From positions 81,530,001 to 81,594,000 of the forward strand of contig OX597817.1 of assembly GCA_951406725.2 (NCBI GenBank): a stretch of 64,000 nt of DNA, in the 5' to 3' direction. This document shows, in pieces, positions 42,864 through 55,534 of the stretch (its first letter is position 1; each line of letters starts with the position of its first letter). The notes under the pieces were generated by a model. It made no database searches and was not told the DNA's origin. It saw nothing but the letters and a program-made list of their open reading frames with translations. The translations under genes and the position numbers were made by a program. The DNA comes from Octopus vulgaris (lineage: Eukaryota).

Positions 42864-43849
42864 ACCAAAGTTTATTATTGCAGTCAAATATTTTTTTTAA
42901 TCAAACTCTTCAAAGTCCAAAATTATGGAACTACATCAAAGCACATATTTTCAAACTACTTTGACTTCTTACAGAAGATATATATTCATTGCAATGTATA
43001 TATGCAATGGATTGATATTAGCCTTCGTTTAATATGAGCAAAACACACCCCCGTCCATTGGATGGTGCTGAGTTGTCAAACATTTAAACCAAATTTTCTC
43101 AAAACAACTTGTCTGACCATCCCATAGGCCTCCCCTTTGAGAAACATTGATTTAACCTAAATTTGAGACACCAGCAAAAGAAGAAATAAAGATAGACTTT
43201 TTTTCTATTCCAAAGAAAAACGATTTTATTCCCACAAATATGCAACTGAAGAGTTTAAAGTACCAGTAATGATAAGGCTGCTGACTGAGAGAACACAAAC
43301 ATGGTTTAAACAGTAAGCTTGGCAGGAAAGAAACATGCCTTTAAGCAGTACAAAAACCACAAAAAACGGAAGGTGCAGTTATGTACAGGTTGACGGAAGA
43401 AAAGCAGGATAAAAACGGCTTTATCGATCACATTCTCACCTGGAATCGATTTTTGTAATTTTTTCAAGACTTATTCACACCCTGATACTGTCAGTATCTA
43501 CATTTCAAATTTGAGCACAATCGGATGGAGGATGCCTGAGATCCTAGAAGACACACACACAGACAGACAAAATGGATTTTATTTAATAGATGTAGGGCAT
43601 TTGCATTTACACACACACGCACAGTGTCACACAAGTTATACATAGAGACCTAAACTTTAAGTGTTTTTTTCTACCCAATATTCCACAAATTGAATGGCTT
43701 ATTTGTGTTTTTAAAACACAAACATAGAAAGTGTGTTTGTGTTTTTAAAACACAAACATAGAAAGTGTGTCACAGCATGTGTTAAAGTGTGGTGGTGAGG
43801 GGAACACAAATCAAAAGAGAGAAAGTGACATACTGCCAATTATCTTTAT

Positions 43850-45367
43850 ATAATAGCTGATATATTTATTAGTTGGTTGATTTCTCCCATCATGTTGTCA
43901 TGCCCTGTCGCAGTTACTGCTTGATTAGATTGGAGCATTTGTTGTTTATTTTCTTGTGAAAGGGATGTATTCAAATGGTCAGGTGGTCAATCTGCTGCCA
44001 GCTCCCTCTGCATGGCAACATAGGTATGCCATGGCATGCACTCAGGTTGCACCACTTGCAACGATTTCTAGACAGTGAACATGTGTAGGCTCCATTTGTG
44101 AGACACATCTTTTCCTACAGCTCATCACTTTGATGGAGCTGCAGTCCTGGGTGAAGGATAGACCAAGAATGGGTGCCTGGCACCTAGAAAGTCACCAGGC
44201 ACTCACTGTCCGCTACCAGCTGGGCAATAGGAACAGTTGATGGTTCACTTTAGCTATTTAGAGAGGATTAGTTGTAGGGAAGTGTAATGAAATCCTCTGG
44301 GAGACCCAGGGTGTCAATGAAAACAAACTGGCTTGTCTGTTCTGGGGAACTTTCTGGTCGTGGACTACTATGGATAATTTTCAGATGTCTTTGGCCTGGC
44401 AGTGCTACCAGTTCAAGATAAACTCTACAGGCATAGATGTGCTGTCAGATGGGCTTGTTTTAGGTGTAGGCAAAGCAACAAAACTCTTCTGCATGCTTTC
44501 ATTCAGTGTCCAGACATTGCTGATTTGTGGAGTTATATTGAACAATTGTTGTTGTGAGTGGGATGGATCAGTCTGTCAAACTAGTCCATAGTGATGATTG
44601 CCCTGCCACACTCCTTTAATCAGGCATACAAGGCAGATTTCCTTTGTCTGGTGATTGTGGTAAAAGAGGTTGTATAGTGGGCGAGACTGAAAGGAAAGAG
44701 AACAGAGACATTTCTCTTTGGTAGAGCCCTCATTGACCTTTTCAAGTTTCTTTTTAAAAGGTAAGTGAGGGTGGGGAGGGAAGTGAATTTATTAAAAGGA
44801 GGATGAAAGCTGTGAAAATGGCTTGAATGGATGGTACCACTGTAAGTGTAGACCTGTGAGTTGGAAGAAAGGAATTGCAGAGAGCACTTATCCTTGGTAT
44901 TAAAGGAGATCTTGGATGATGAGGTTCTTCAATTATCTCTAGAGGTACTCCTGATATACATCACTATCATCTCCCCCACCCCTCTCTTAATTTAGTATAC
45001 TCTGTATACTTCCCTTCTTTTTATTGTATACCATGTATACTTTTCTTTCTCTTTTTTCATCATTCCATTGTATACCTGTGAGTTGGAAGAAAGGAATTGC
45101 AGAGAGCACTTATCCTTGGTATTAAAGATCTTGGATGATGAGGTTCTTCAATTATCTCTAGAGGTACTCCTGATATACATCACTATCATCTCCCCCACCC
45201 CTCTCTTAATTTAGTATACTCTGTATACTTCCCTTCTTTTTATTGTATACCATGTATACTTTTCTTTCTCTTTTTTTCATCATTCCATTGTATGTAAACC
45301 CCAACGCTTTTATGTCTGTCATTGTATTGTCCCCATCATCCTTTGCCCTGGTGGCAAATAAAAGAAA

Positions 45368-45443
<76 letters not shown>
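43850..45443 (+). mobile_element. Degraded Tx1/L1-like LINE 3' part with (ATT)n tail
   Basis: Manual translation gives FL*KG..MVRWSICCQLPL.GNIGMPW..LRL.HLQRFLD and a remnant C..C...LHAF..CP...LW zinc knuckle. AATAAA precedes the (ATT)n tail. Confidence 0.6.
44852..45293 (+). repeat. Tandem duplication, ~222-bp unit x2
   Basis: 44852-45073 is repeated at 45074-45293 with only small indels. Confidence 0.92.
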
Positions 45444-45444
<1 letters not shown>

Positions 45445-46496
45445 TGTATTTGTTTTTGTTGTCGCTATTGCTGTTTTTGTTGAGGAAAATTATGTCAGGT
45501 TTACTCTGTGATATTTAGTGGTCTTTTTCTTTGCACTAAAAGTCCTATGATGAGGTGAAGGTTCATAAAGTATCAAAGAGCTTTTTCTCAAAGGAATTAG
45601 AACAAGGTTGAGCAGTTTCATTATCCTATTCTTATTTTTCTTTATTGTATGCTTTCACTGCACTACCAAATGCAGCTCTTTATGCCTTAGCTACAGATAG
45701 TTTTATTTTGGTTTTGCATTTTCTATTATATTAAAATTATCTTATGTAACATGTGCAGTACCTAGTAGTGTTATTTCTGTAAGTTGTGCATATTTGTAAG
45801 ATTTTGGATATGTATTTGTCTATATGTTTTTTAATCATTCTCCAAGCACATTTTATTTTAGGGATTGCTCCTATTATCAGGCCCCACATTCTGGTTATCT
45901 CTATTTACAGACCTTTATACATATTGTCCTTTTATTACAGACTCTTTACTGATAAAGGTAAATATACAGTGTTGGTCATTTTGGTGATGAAAAAAAGCAA
46001 AAACTGATACAAAAGAACTTTCCTGAGAGAGAAAGGTGAGTTGCCAACTCTTGTGAAATTCCATCAGTGGCCGAAACTGGTCAGCTGCACCTGGAGGTAT
46101 CTTTTTCTGTTCCCAAGTCCATGTTTTTAAGATGAATTTTCTGTCATAAGAGCAGTGGTTACAAGTATCACTTTTTGAATTCAAGAAAGCACGTGGATCA
46201 TGCAAATTTTTTAAGGTGATTGTCCTCTGAGTTAAGCAAGGTTTGCACCATCTACTTCCATTGAGATATAGCCCAAGTTGTTCAAGCAGCAACCAGTTAG
46301 TTTTATTTGCCATTCCCTCCTCTTTTAGTAGCATTTAGTCCATCCTTACGTTCTGAGTTCAAATTCCGCTGAGGTTGACTTTGCCTTTCATCCTTTTGGG
46401 GTTGATAGACTAAATACCAATGAAACACTGGGATGGATGCAATCGACCAGCCCCCTCCCACAAAATTTCAGGTTTTGTACATATAGTAGAAAGGGA

Positions 46497-46541
<45 letters not shown>

Positions 46542-46728
46542 CATCATCATCATCATCATCATTTTATGTCCCCTTTTTACGTTGGCATGAGTTGAACAAG
46601 TTGTCACAGTCTAAGTTCTTTCTGATTGAGAGCTACTGCTCTCATAGATTTGTGCTCATGTATGTCATTTGGTTTCATCTTTTTCCTAGATGCCTTTTCT
46701 ATTGCCAATCCCTTAACAAAGAGAAAAT

Positions 46729-48500
46729 TCATCTTGTAAACAACAATAGAGAAGTTGAATAATCCTCAGCAAGGATTATTCTATTACATACCATACAGTT
46801 CCCATTGGTGCATATGGTATTCTCAAAGGGGTACATCCTACATAATTGTGATCTGATGGAGCACCCTGACTTTTCAACGATCTTAATGTTGGGTTTGGCT
46901 TCCTTCAGAGCTTTCCTAAATCTTTGGGCCAGTTCTCCATGGGCTGTGACCTCTACAAACACCACTCCTTGATATTTGTCAGCCTCATACTGTGTGTTCA
47001 CCCTTTTTGCTTTGTCACAAACTCTCTGTATTCTATTCCAGTCTTTACCTCTGCATCTAAGGTAGGTACCACTTGTTTTGTTTCATATAATGTTAACTTC
47101 TTTCTACTCCTCTCTATACCCAAATCCTATCTTTCTGGCTATATCCAGAGAATTGCATGCAGTGCATGAAGTTCTGTACATGTTTTCTTGTTTCATAGGG
47201 TTCTAATAGGAGTGATACAATTTTCATTATCCTAAGTCTGCTATCAGTATGTTGATTTTCATGTGTGACAAAGCTGAGTTCTTGTGAACAACATATTTAG
47301 AAGCTATGGGTTTCATGTAATAGGAATGGTGGAGCTGCACTCTGTTGTTCACAGTCTCTAACCAAAGTTCAGTTTCAAGGACAGGGAGTCTATTGTTAAG
47401 GTACTTAGTTGAGTAATTTATAGTTACCTTGATGCTTTGGTGGATGGAGTTAGCTACGTGCTGGATGCTCTCTATTATGCTCCTCTCAGTTTCTACACTA
47501 CACTTACCAGAGTTTGTCCTAACTAAAACATTAATATCATCTACATACCTACAGTAAAGCAATACAGTTGTGGATTGTTCAGCCAAGGATTGTTTAAGTT
47601 TTCTGTCCCACCAAGTCACGAAGAGGCCAGCCACACCAACACCAATGGGTGCACCTTTTCAACTGCATGTATAGTTTCTTGTTAAACTTTACTATGTGGT
47701 TCTTATGCTAGTTCCTATTGCATATGCAATCATTCTTTTCACCTGATTGTTGTTCTCAAGGTCCTGGGTGGGTATGGTCCAACCACTCCTGTGCTCTGCG
47801 GTGCTTTTCTTCGCTGCCAAGATGATGAGTGGTCTTCCCCTCTGTGACCTGGCGGGGCAGAATCTACTAAGGTCATAATTGTCTAGGTAGTTACAGTCAT
47901 AGCTTAGTTTAAGGAGGTCCAATTCCCTCCTGTTGACTTCACGGAACTCTACTTCACACTCACAGATAATCTCAATGTATTTTCCACTGCAAAATCTATG
48001 TCCATAGATGGGTAGAGTGAAACTAAATCCATAGAAACCACTACACAACCTGTGAGGTTGTTGGAGTGGTTGCAACTACTGATTCTACTGAGGGAATCCT
48101 CCAAGCTCGCACAGATATCATGGGACATTTCAATGACTGGTTATACACCTGTAAGAGGAAGTAGGATAGCCTATAATTGTTGGAGGTATTCGCTACACTA
48201 ACTGGTTGGGTTGGGGGCTGCATCACACGGCTTATGTAGGGTTTATGATCCTTAAGTAACCTGTACAGCATAGAAACATCGTTGTTGAATGCTTGGAAAT
48301 TTTGTGCAGTCCATTTCTTGGGTTGGAGTATGTTGCACCACATTCCCATGTGTGCATTGAGTTTTTCCACTCTTTCATGTTCCTGTGGTGCAACTTCTCC
48401 CATGCTACTGATGTTGTTGTATGGTCTGGACATAGTTCTATGGGCTGTCTATTGACAATCTGTCAGACTTGTCCATACGGAGGCACACTAAATCCCTGTT
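46729..48500 (-). mobile_element. Penelope-like element RT pseudogene
   Basis: Frameshifted LYRLLKDHK, GAPIG, RYVDD, LPVLE.ELW, Y.KP.AS and FVEVT..GEL...IKIVEKSG, ending in a C..C motif. Confidence 0.8.
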
Positions 48501-48573
48501 CCTAATTTGCTGTTTCAGTTTTTTGTAGGCCTTTGGCAACAGATGAACTGAGTTATGTTACAATGTTATAGTA

Positions 48574-49052
48574 AAAATGACAAGTCTTGTGAAATCAAGT
48601 TACCCAGGGTTTCCTGGTCAAAATATTAATTTACTTCGCCAATTTTTCAATCTGAGATGAAGACCGTTTATTAGTTGCTTTTAAGCAGATGACTTTTGAA
48701 CAAGGAACAATGATAAGGAAGAAAACAAAATGAAAAACACAGGGGAGATAATCAATGTAACAATAAACAAATGTCAAAAGGGCGTTAACAAGATTTTAAT
48801 GGTTTATGATTTGGTGGAATTTAAAAATAGGCCACCAGACACATCGTAAACCGTCACTAATATCTTGTGTACTCCTTTTTGATGTTTATTGTAACGTAGG
48901 TTATCTCCCCTGTGTTTTCTTTTTTTTATCTTCTTCTTTATGAGCATTCTTTATCCAACATTTATTTTGCTAGCTTCAAAAATGGCAAAAAAAAGATTAA
49001 TGTTTCAACTGGGAAACCCTGGCTAGTTGTATTTCACAAGATTTGTGGTTTT
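48574..49052. repeat. Old palindromic MITE-like element
   Basis: Nested mirror pairs TCTTGTGAAAT/ATTTCACAAGA, CCAGGGTTTCC/GGAAACCCTGG, AAAACACAGGGGAGATAA/TTATCTCCCCTGTGTTTT and TGGTGG/CCACCA. Confidence 0.75.
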
Positions 49053-49209
49053 TATTTCTAATATTATCTTTACTCTTTTAGCTGATCGAGTGCTATCCTA
49101 CTTGTTGAAGTCTTACCACATAATACACACACACACACACATATCGTTTGTAGAAATACATGAATCCAGAGGAGAAGCACATGCTAAGATGAAGGACATT
49201 TAATATAGT

Positions 49210-50825
49210 GGGGTAGGCTAGTTTATGGGGTTATCTCCCTTTGCCACTATCCATCAATCTTTGGTTGTACCACCATCTTGCGGTCATCAAAGCACCCCGA
49301 ATGTAAACAATTGTCTCCCTTCAGCCTTGGCTATTGTTTTTCTGCTGTAGTGCCACTCTGCAGGTTCCAACAAGCCAGCAGGAGTTTTCTAAAATGCATG
49401 CATGACGTGAAAATCTCCGTCCTGGAGTTCATGATGCCTCCTGGCATGAATGAGTCTTTAAGGATCCTTGTGTGATTGGCACATAACTTGCACTGTTTCA
49501 TCCTGTTGATGTAGAAGCCTGGGTTCTTGAATATTTTCTATGTGAGGAAGTATGGAATCTCTTCATCTCTTAATTGCCAGAAATGGTTGGCCAGCGATGT
49601 CACATATCTCCTTTCCAGGACTCTGAAGGAGGACAGATGATTGCAAATGCTGCCTGAGAGAGTTCTCATTGCACCCCACATACTTTTGTGAGTGCATGAT
49701 GTTGTTGAGCCTGTTGCTATTGTAGGTGCTGCTGTTGGTTGTGCTGCTACCATTGCTGCTGATTCCTATGGCAGTGTTGTCACTGCTGGAATTGGGGCTG
49801 CTGCCGTTGGTGCTGGTGTCACTAAGAGTGCTGTTGGTGCTGCTCATATTCTCATCCCTGCATGTGTTACCTGTAGTGCAATTGATGTTGTTACTGCAGG
49901 TGCTGGCATTGCTGTTGTTGTTGTTGATAGAGCTGGGCTGCTGGTGTTGTTGCTGGTGCTGGTGGAGGATTGATCCTCAGTAGTGATGACAACAGCAATA
50001 ACACCAATGCCAGCTCCAGCCAACATGTGCAGGGACAAGAATATGTTTGACACCAACATTCACCCCAGCGACACTAGCACCAGCACCAACACCAGCTTGA
50101 AGAGTGACAACACCACTGGCAGCATCGGCATCAATGGTAGCAGCAACAGCAGCACCAACAACAACAGCAACAGCAACAGGCTCAACGACATCATGCATCT
50201 GCAGAAATATGTGGGGTGCACTGGGAACTCTCTCAAAGATTGTATTTCCAATCAGCTGTCCTCCTTCAGACTCCTGGAAAGGATATACATGAGATTGTTG
50301 GCCAGCCATATCTGGCAACTAAAAGATGAAGAGATTCCATACTTGATCGCATGGAAAATATTCAAGAACCCAGGTCCCTACATCAACAGGATGAAACAGT
50401 GCAAGTTATGCATTGCTGAACACACAAAAATCCTTAAAGACTCACTCATACCAGGGGGCATACTGAACTCCAGGATGGAGATTTTTCAGGCTATGCATGC
50501 ATTTTAGTAAATACCTGCTGGCTTTGTGGAATCTGCAGGGTGGCACTACAACCGGACACCAATAGCCAAGGCTGAAGGGAAACAATTATTTACCTTCGGA
50601 GTGCTTTGGTGACTGCAAGATGGCGGCATGACTGAAGATCAATGGTCAATGGCAAAGGGAGATAATCACTTAGGGTTTTACCCTTAAAAATGAGGCTTTT
50701 CTTCCTCCATATTTTAAAGAGATCTCAGGCCAGCAGTGTTTGGGGCCTGAAGATACGCCATAAAGCTAAACCTCTTATAAGCAAGAAATCCAGTGTAACC
50801 CCATAAATTGGCCTACCCTACTATA
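49210..50825. mobile_element. Head-to-head inverted pair of PLE 3' ends (GIY-YIG endonuclease remnant + Ser/Thr/Asn-rich tract)
   Basis: ORF 49983-50507 reads KYVGCT...HIWQLK...IAWKI...Y...CKLC.AE...LNSR.E, with a mirror copy on the minus strand at 49400-49700. Confidence 0.82.
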
Positions 50826-50987
50826 ATATATATATAAAATAGTGTATATTTAAACACAAGTGAAAACTGCCTTCAACAGGAAGATTTTACATGTTAGAAG
50901 AAGTAGTCAAAACGACCAAAACCACATTTAAGAGCAATCTTCAAAAGGAATGAAAAAAAAAAACTTTTACCTCGTTATTTTAATCCT

Positions 50988-51056
50988 GTCAGACCTAGGT
51001 TTCAAAATTGTTTTAGCAAATAAAATAATTTGCTAGGCAAATTTCTCATCAGTGAC
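50988..51056 (-). ncRNA. Type I hammerhead ribozyme motif, canonical core
   Basis: GTCA-CTGATGA-GAAATT..TAGCAAA..TTTGCTA..AATTTT-GAAA-CCTAGG-TC-TGAC. Confidence 0.8.
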
Positions 51057-51251
51057 CATGCCATAACACTAACATATAATTAAGAGATGAATAACACACA
51101 TCTCATCGTTATACACTATAATTTTTCAAATTCACCACGCAGGTGCAGTTCCAGTTGGCAGTAAATGAATAACTGCCGAACTAAAATCATAATGTATAAT
51201 GATGAGATATGTGTTATTCGTCTCTTAATAATATGTTAGTGTTATGGCACA

Positions 51252-51320
51252 GTCACTGATGAGAAATTCGTCTAGCAAATTATTTTACTTGCTAAAGAAA
51301 TTTTGAAACCTAGGTCTGAC
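51252..51320 (+). ncRNA. Type I hammerhead ribozyme motif, canonical core, GUC cleavage triplet
   Basis: GTCA-CTGATGA-GAAATT..TAGCAA..TTGCTA..AATTTT-GAAA-CCTAGG-TC-TGAC; predicted cut after 51316. Confidence 0.8.
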
Positions 51321-51557
51321 CAGATTAAAATAACAAGGTAAAAGTTTATATTTTTCATTCCTTTTGAAGATTGCTCTTAAATGTGGCTTTGGTTGTTTTG
51401 ACTACTTCTAGCATGTAAAAACTGCCTGTTGAAGGCAGTTTTCTCTTGCGTTTAAATGTACACTATTTTATATTGAGAATATGTTGTCTATTGACTTTTT
51501 ATACATGCTAGGCCACTGGTAGTGAAATTTCTAAAACAACTCACTACCCTATATTTT

Positions 51558-51592
<35 letters not shown>

Positions 51593-51684
51593 AAATAATT
51601 TAATGTATATAAAATACATTTACTGTATACATCCTCACGACTTTTGTTGTTTTTCCAGTTTTTATTTTTCATTTACCATATATA

Positions 51685-54600
51685 CGAAGCTACTGTCCAC
51701 CGTCCCAGGGTCTCTAGAGCCCATGCCTTCCACACCCTCAGGGTTGGCACCCTCAACGTTGGCACTCTGAAAGGTAGGTCTGGTGAGATAGTCGAGATGC
51801 TTGAACGGAGATGTGTGGATATATGTTGCATGCAAGAAATAAGGTGGAGAGGAGGATCAGCTAGGTTCCTCACAGGCAAGGAACGCAGGTACAAGATTTT
51901 CTGGGCAGGGAATACTGACGGGGTTGGTGGCGTGGGTATACTTATCGCTGAGAAATGGGTAGATAAAGTAATTGAGGTAATCAGAGTAAGTGACAGAATA
52001 CTTAAGATTAGATTAGTGCTTCATCATAGTTTAGCAACCATTATATCAGCCTATGCTCCTCAGTCGGGGCTACCCGATGGACAGAAAGACCGATTCTATG
52101 ACACTCTACTGCAGACTACCTCATTGACGAACGACAGAGACCTTATCTTTGTGGCTGGTGACTTCAATGGTCACGTTGGACGACATGCTGGGGGCTTCCA
52201 TGGCGTACATGGAGGCTACGGCTATGGCTCCCGCAACGAGGAGGGAACCAGGCTGCTGGAGTTCTGCGATGCAAATAATCTTATGATTTGCAACACTAAC
52301 TTCAGGAAACCTACCAGCCACCTAGTCACTTACCAATCGGGCCAACATACCAGCCAAATTGACTACATCCTTACAAGGCAAAGGGAGAGATGGCTGCTTA
52401 TAAATGCCAAAACCTTCCCAGGTGAAGAATGTACCCCACAACATAGACTGGTAGTTAGTGACTTTAGGATCAGGACTAGGAGGACAACCAGAAGACGACA
52501 AATATGGAGAAGAAGGATCTGGAAGCTTAAAGATCCTGCAAATGGACAGAGATTTAGGGACATATTACTTGAAGCCTCTGACGAAGTAGAAGGGGATAGA
52601 GCATCACAGGGGGTAGAAGACAGCTGGACGTTTCTAAGGGACAACCTGCTGAGAGCCACTGACCAGATCTGTGGCTGGTGCAAAGTCCCCTCTCGACCTA
52701 GAATAACGTGGTGGTGGAACAATATTGTAGACAGGGCTATTAGAGAAAAGAGACAGGCTTGGAAGGTCTGGAAAAATGGGGGTAGCAGGGAATTGTATCA
52801 GACTGCCAAAAGAGAAGCTAGGAGACAGGTTTATTTAGCCAGAGGGGAAGCAGATAAGAAAAAATTTGCCAATGTTCTGCGCCGTGAGGACCAAAGACTG
52901 GAGGTGTTTCGTGTTGCAAGACAGTGTGTGAGAGAGAATCGTGATGTGGTAGGAGAGAAGTGTGTTCGCATGGAAGATGGTTCACTTGCGCTAAATGAGG
53001 ATGCAAAGAGAGAGGTTTGGAGATGCCACTATGAAAGGTTGCTGAATGAAGAAAATGAATGGGATAAAGAGAGTCTGCCGAATGTTGACCCAACAGAGGG
53101 ACCAGCTATCCGAGTTGATAGTTCTGTGGTAGCTAAGGCAATTAGAAGCATGAAGACAGGGAAAGCCCCAGGCCCATCAGGAATCACTGCAGAGATGCTC
53201 AAAATGTCTGGTAGTGTCGGCTATAGCCTAGTCACCCATATAGTTAATCAGGTGATACACAAAGGGGTCATACCCAATGACTGGTGTAGCAGTATAATAG
53301 TCAACTGCTACAAAGGTAAAGGTGATGCCCTAGATACAAACAACTACAGAGGTATCAAGCTGTTGGACCAGGTGATGAAGGTTACGGAGAGGGTCATAGC
53401 CCAACTAATTAGAGAGAGTTAGTTTAGATGAGATGCAGTTTGGGTTTGTGCCAGGGAAAAGTACTACTGATGCTATATTCCTGGTAAGGCAGCTGCAGGA
53501 GAAATACCTAGCCAAAGATAAGCCCCTGTACCTGGCTTTTGTTGACATGGAGAAAGCCTTCGACAGGGTCCCCCGATCCCTTATCTGGTGGGCAATGAGA
53601 AAACTAGGGATAGATGAATGGTTAGTGAGAGCTGTGCGGGCCATGTATAGGGACGCCGCTAGTAGGGTGAGGGTTGGAAATGAGTACAGTGAAGAATTCC
53701 GGGTAGAGGTAGGGGTCCACCAAGGCTCAGTACTCAGCCCCCTCCTATTTATCATAGTCCTCCAGGCAATAACGGAGGAATTCAAGACAGGATGCCCTTG
53801 GGAGCTCCTCTATGCTGATGACCTTGCTCTAATTGCTGAGTCGCTATCAGAACTGGAGGAGAAGTTTCAGGTGTGGAAACAAGGATTAGAATCGAAGGGC
53901 CTCAGAGTCAATCTAGCTAAAACCAAAGTCGTAATCAGTAGGAAGGTAGACAAATCACAAACACCTTCAGGTAGATGGCCCTGCTCGATCTGTAGAAAAG
54001 GTGTAGGTAGAAACTCTATAAGATGCACCAAGTGTAAGCTATGGACACATAAGAGATGCAGCAATGTCAAAGGAAGGCTAACTAGGAAGATGGTTTTTGT
54101 ATGTGGCAGATGCTCAGGAACAATAAACACTGAAAATGCTCTGAGACCAACTTCTGTCACTTTCCAGGGAGAAAAACTAGAAATAGTTGATAGTTTCCGT
54201 TACCTAGGTGACCAAGTCAGCAGCGGGGGCGGGTGTGCTGAAAGTGTAACTGCTAGAGTAAGAATAGCTTGGGCAAAGTTCAGAGAGCTCTTACCTCTGC
54301 TGGTGACAAAAGGCCTCTCGCACAGAGTGAAAGGCAGACTGTATGATGCGTGTGTACGAACAGCCATGCTACATGGCAGTGAAACATGGGCCGTGACTGC
54401 TGAGGATATGCGTAAGCTCGCTAGAAATGAAGCCAGTATGCTCCGATGGATGTGTAATGCCAGTACTCACACTCGGCAGAGTGTAAGTACCTTGAGAGAA
54501 AAGCTGGACCTAAGAAGCATCAGTTGTGGTGTGCAAGAGAGACGTTTGCGCTGGTATGGTCATGTGGCGAGAATGGATGAAGATAGTTGTGTGAAAAAGT

Positions 54601-55353
54601 GCCACACCCTAGCGGTTGAGGGAACCTGTGGAAGAGGCAGACCCAGGAAAACCTGGGACGAGGTGGTGAAGCACGACCTTCGAACTTTAGGTCTCACCGA
54701 GGAAATGACTAGAGACCGAGACCTCTGGAAGTGTGCTGTGCGCGAGAAGACCCGGCAGGACAAGTGAGTCCACAACCCGTGGCCTTCTACATGGGATGGA
54801 GCCAGCCTACGTATGCATACCTTCCCTTCTTGGGACACAAAACTCTACTTGTGAAGACGTGTTGAGGCAAGTGAGGATCAGAATCGAAATCGATCAATGG
54901 AAATTGCGGATGTGCTACCAGTGCCGGTGGCATGTCGAAACTCTGCTTGTGAAGACCCATTGAGGCAAGTGAGGATCAGAATCGAAATCGATCAATGGAA
55001 ATTGCAGATGTGTTACCAGTGCCGGTGGCATGTAAGAGAACCTTCCGTTTCGCGACCGTTGCCAGCACCGCCCCGTTTCGTGTTCGTTGCCAGCCTCGCC
55101 TGGCCCTCGTGCCGGTGGCACATAAAAAACACCATCCGTTCGTGGCCGTTTGCCAGCTCTGGCTGGCACCAGTGCGGGTGGCACGTAAAAAGCACCCACT
55201 ACACTCACGGAGTGGTTGGCGTTAGGAAGGGCATCCAGCCGTAGAAACACTGCCAGATTTGACTGGGCCTGATGAAGCCTTCTGGCTTCACAGACCCCAG
55301 CAGAACCGTCCAACCCATGCTAGCATGGAAAACGGACGCTAAATGATGATGAT
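51685..55353 (+). mobile_element. Near-intact young RTE LINE (APE + RT with YADD + PHD-like finger), single frameshift at about 53415
   Basis: ORFs 51644-53422 and 53433-54767 join if one AG is restored in AGAGAGAG; ends in (GAT)n. Confidence 0.95.
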
Positions 55354-55534
55354 ATCAAAAATAAAAACTGGAAAAACAACAAAAGTCAAGAGGATGTGAG
55401 GATGTATACAGTAAATGTATTTGATTGATGCTCTGAGAAAGTTTAAGATATATATGCGTGTGTGTACACTCACACATGTTCAAGTGCATATGTGCAAAAC
55501 AAGATGCATAAACTACGTATATATATATATATAT

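Larger units (their letters stand above)
50832..51473. repeat. ~290-bp-arm inverted repeat carrying two intact hammerhead motifs
   Basis: 50832-51125 mirrors 51183-51473 with scattered mismatches. Confidence 0.9.

Noticed and set aside
50743-50780. GGCCTGAAGATACGCCATAAAGCTAAAC as the hammerhead of the GIY-YIG pLTR
   Set aside because: Position is plausible, but GAAA and the stems are too degraded to support a call.
53811-53825. CTGATGA as a hammerhead core
   Set aside because: It is the coding sequence of the RT YADD motif, with no stem II or GAAA.
55266-55298. CTGATGA-AGCC-ttct-GGCT in the RTE tail as a hammerhead
   Set aside because: Not followed by GAAA, and other copies read CTGATGC or CTGGTGC.
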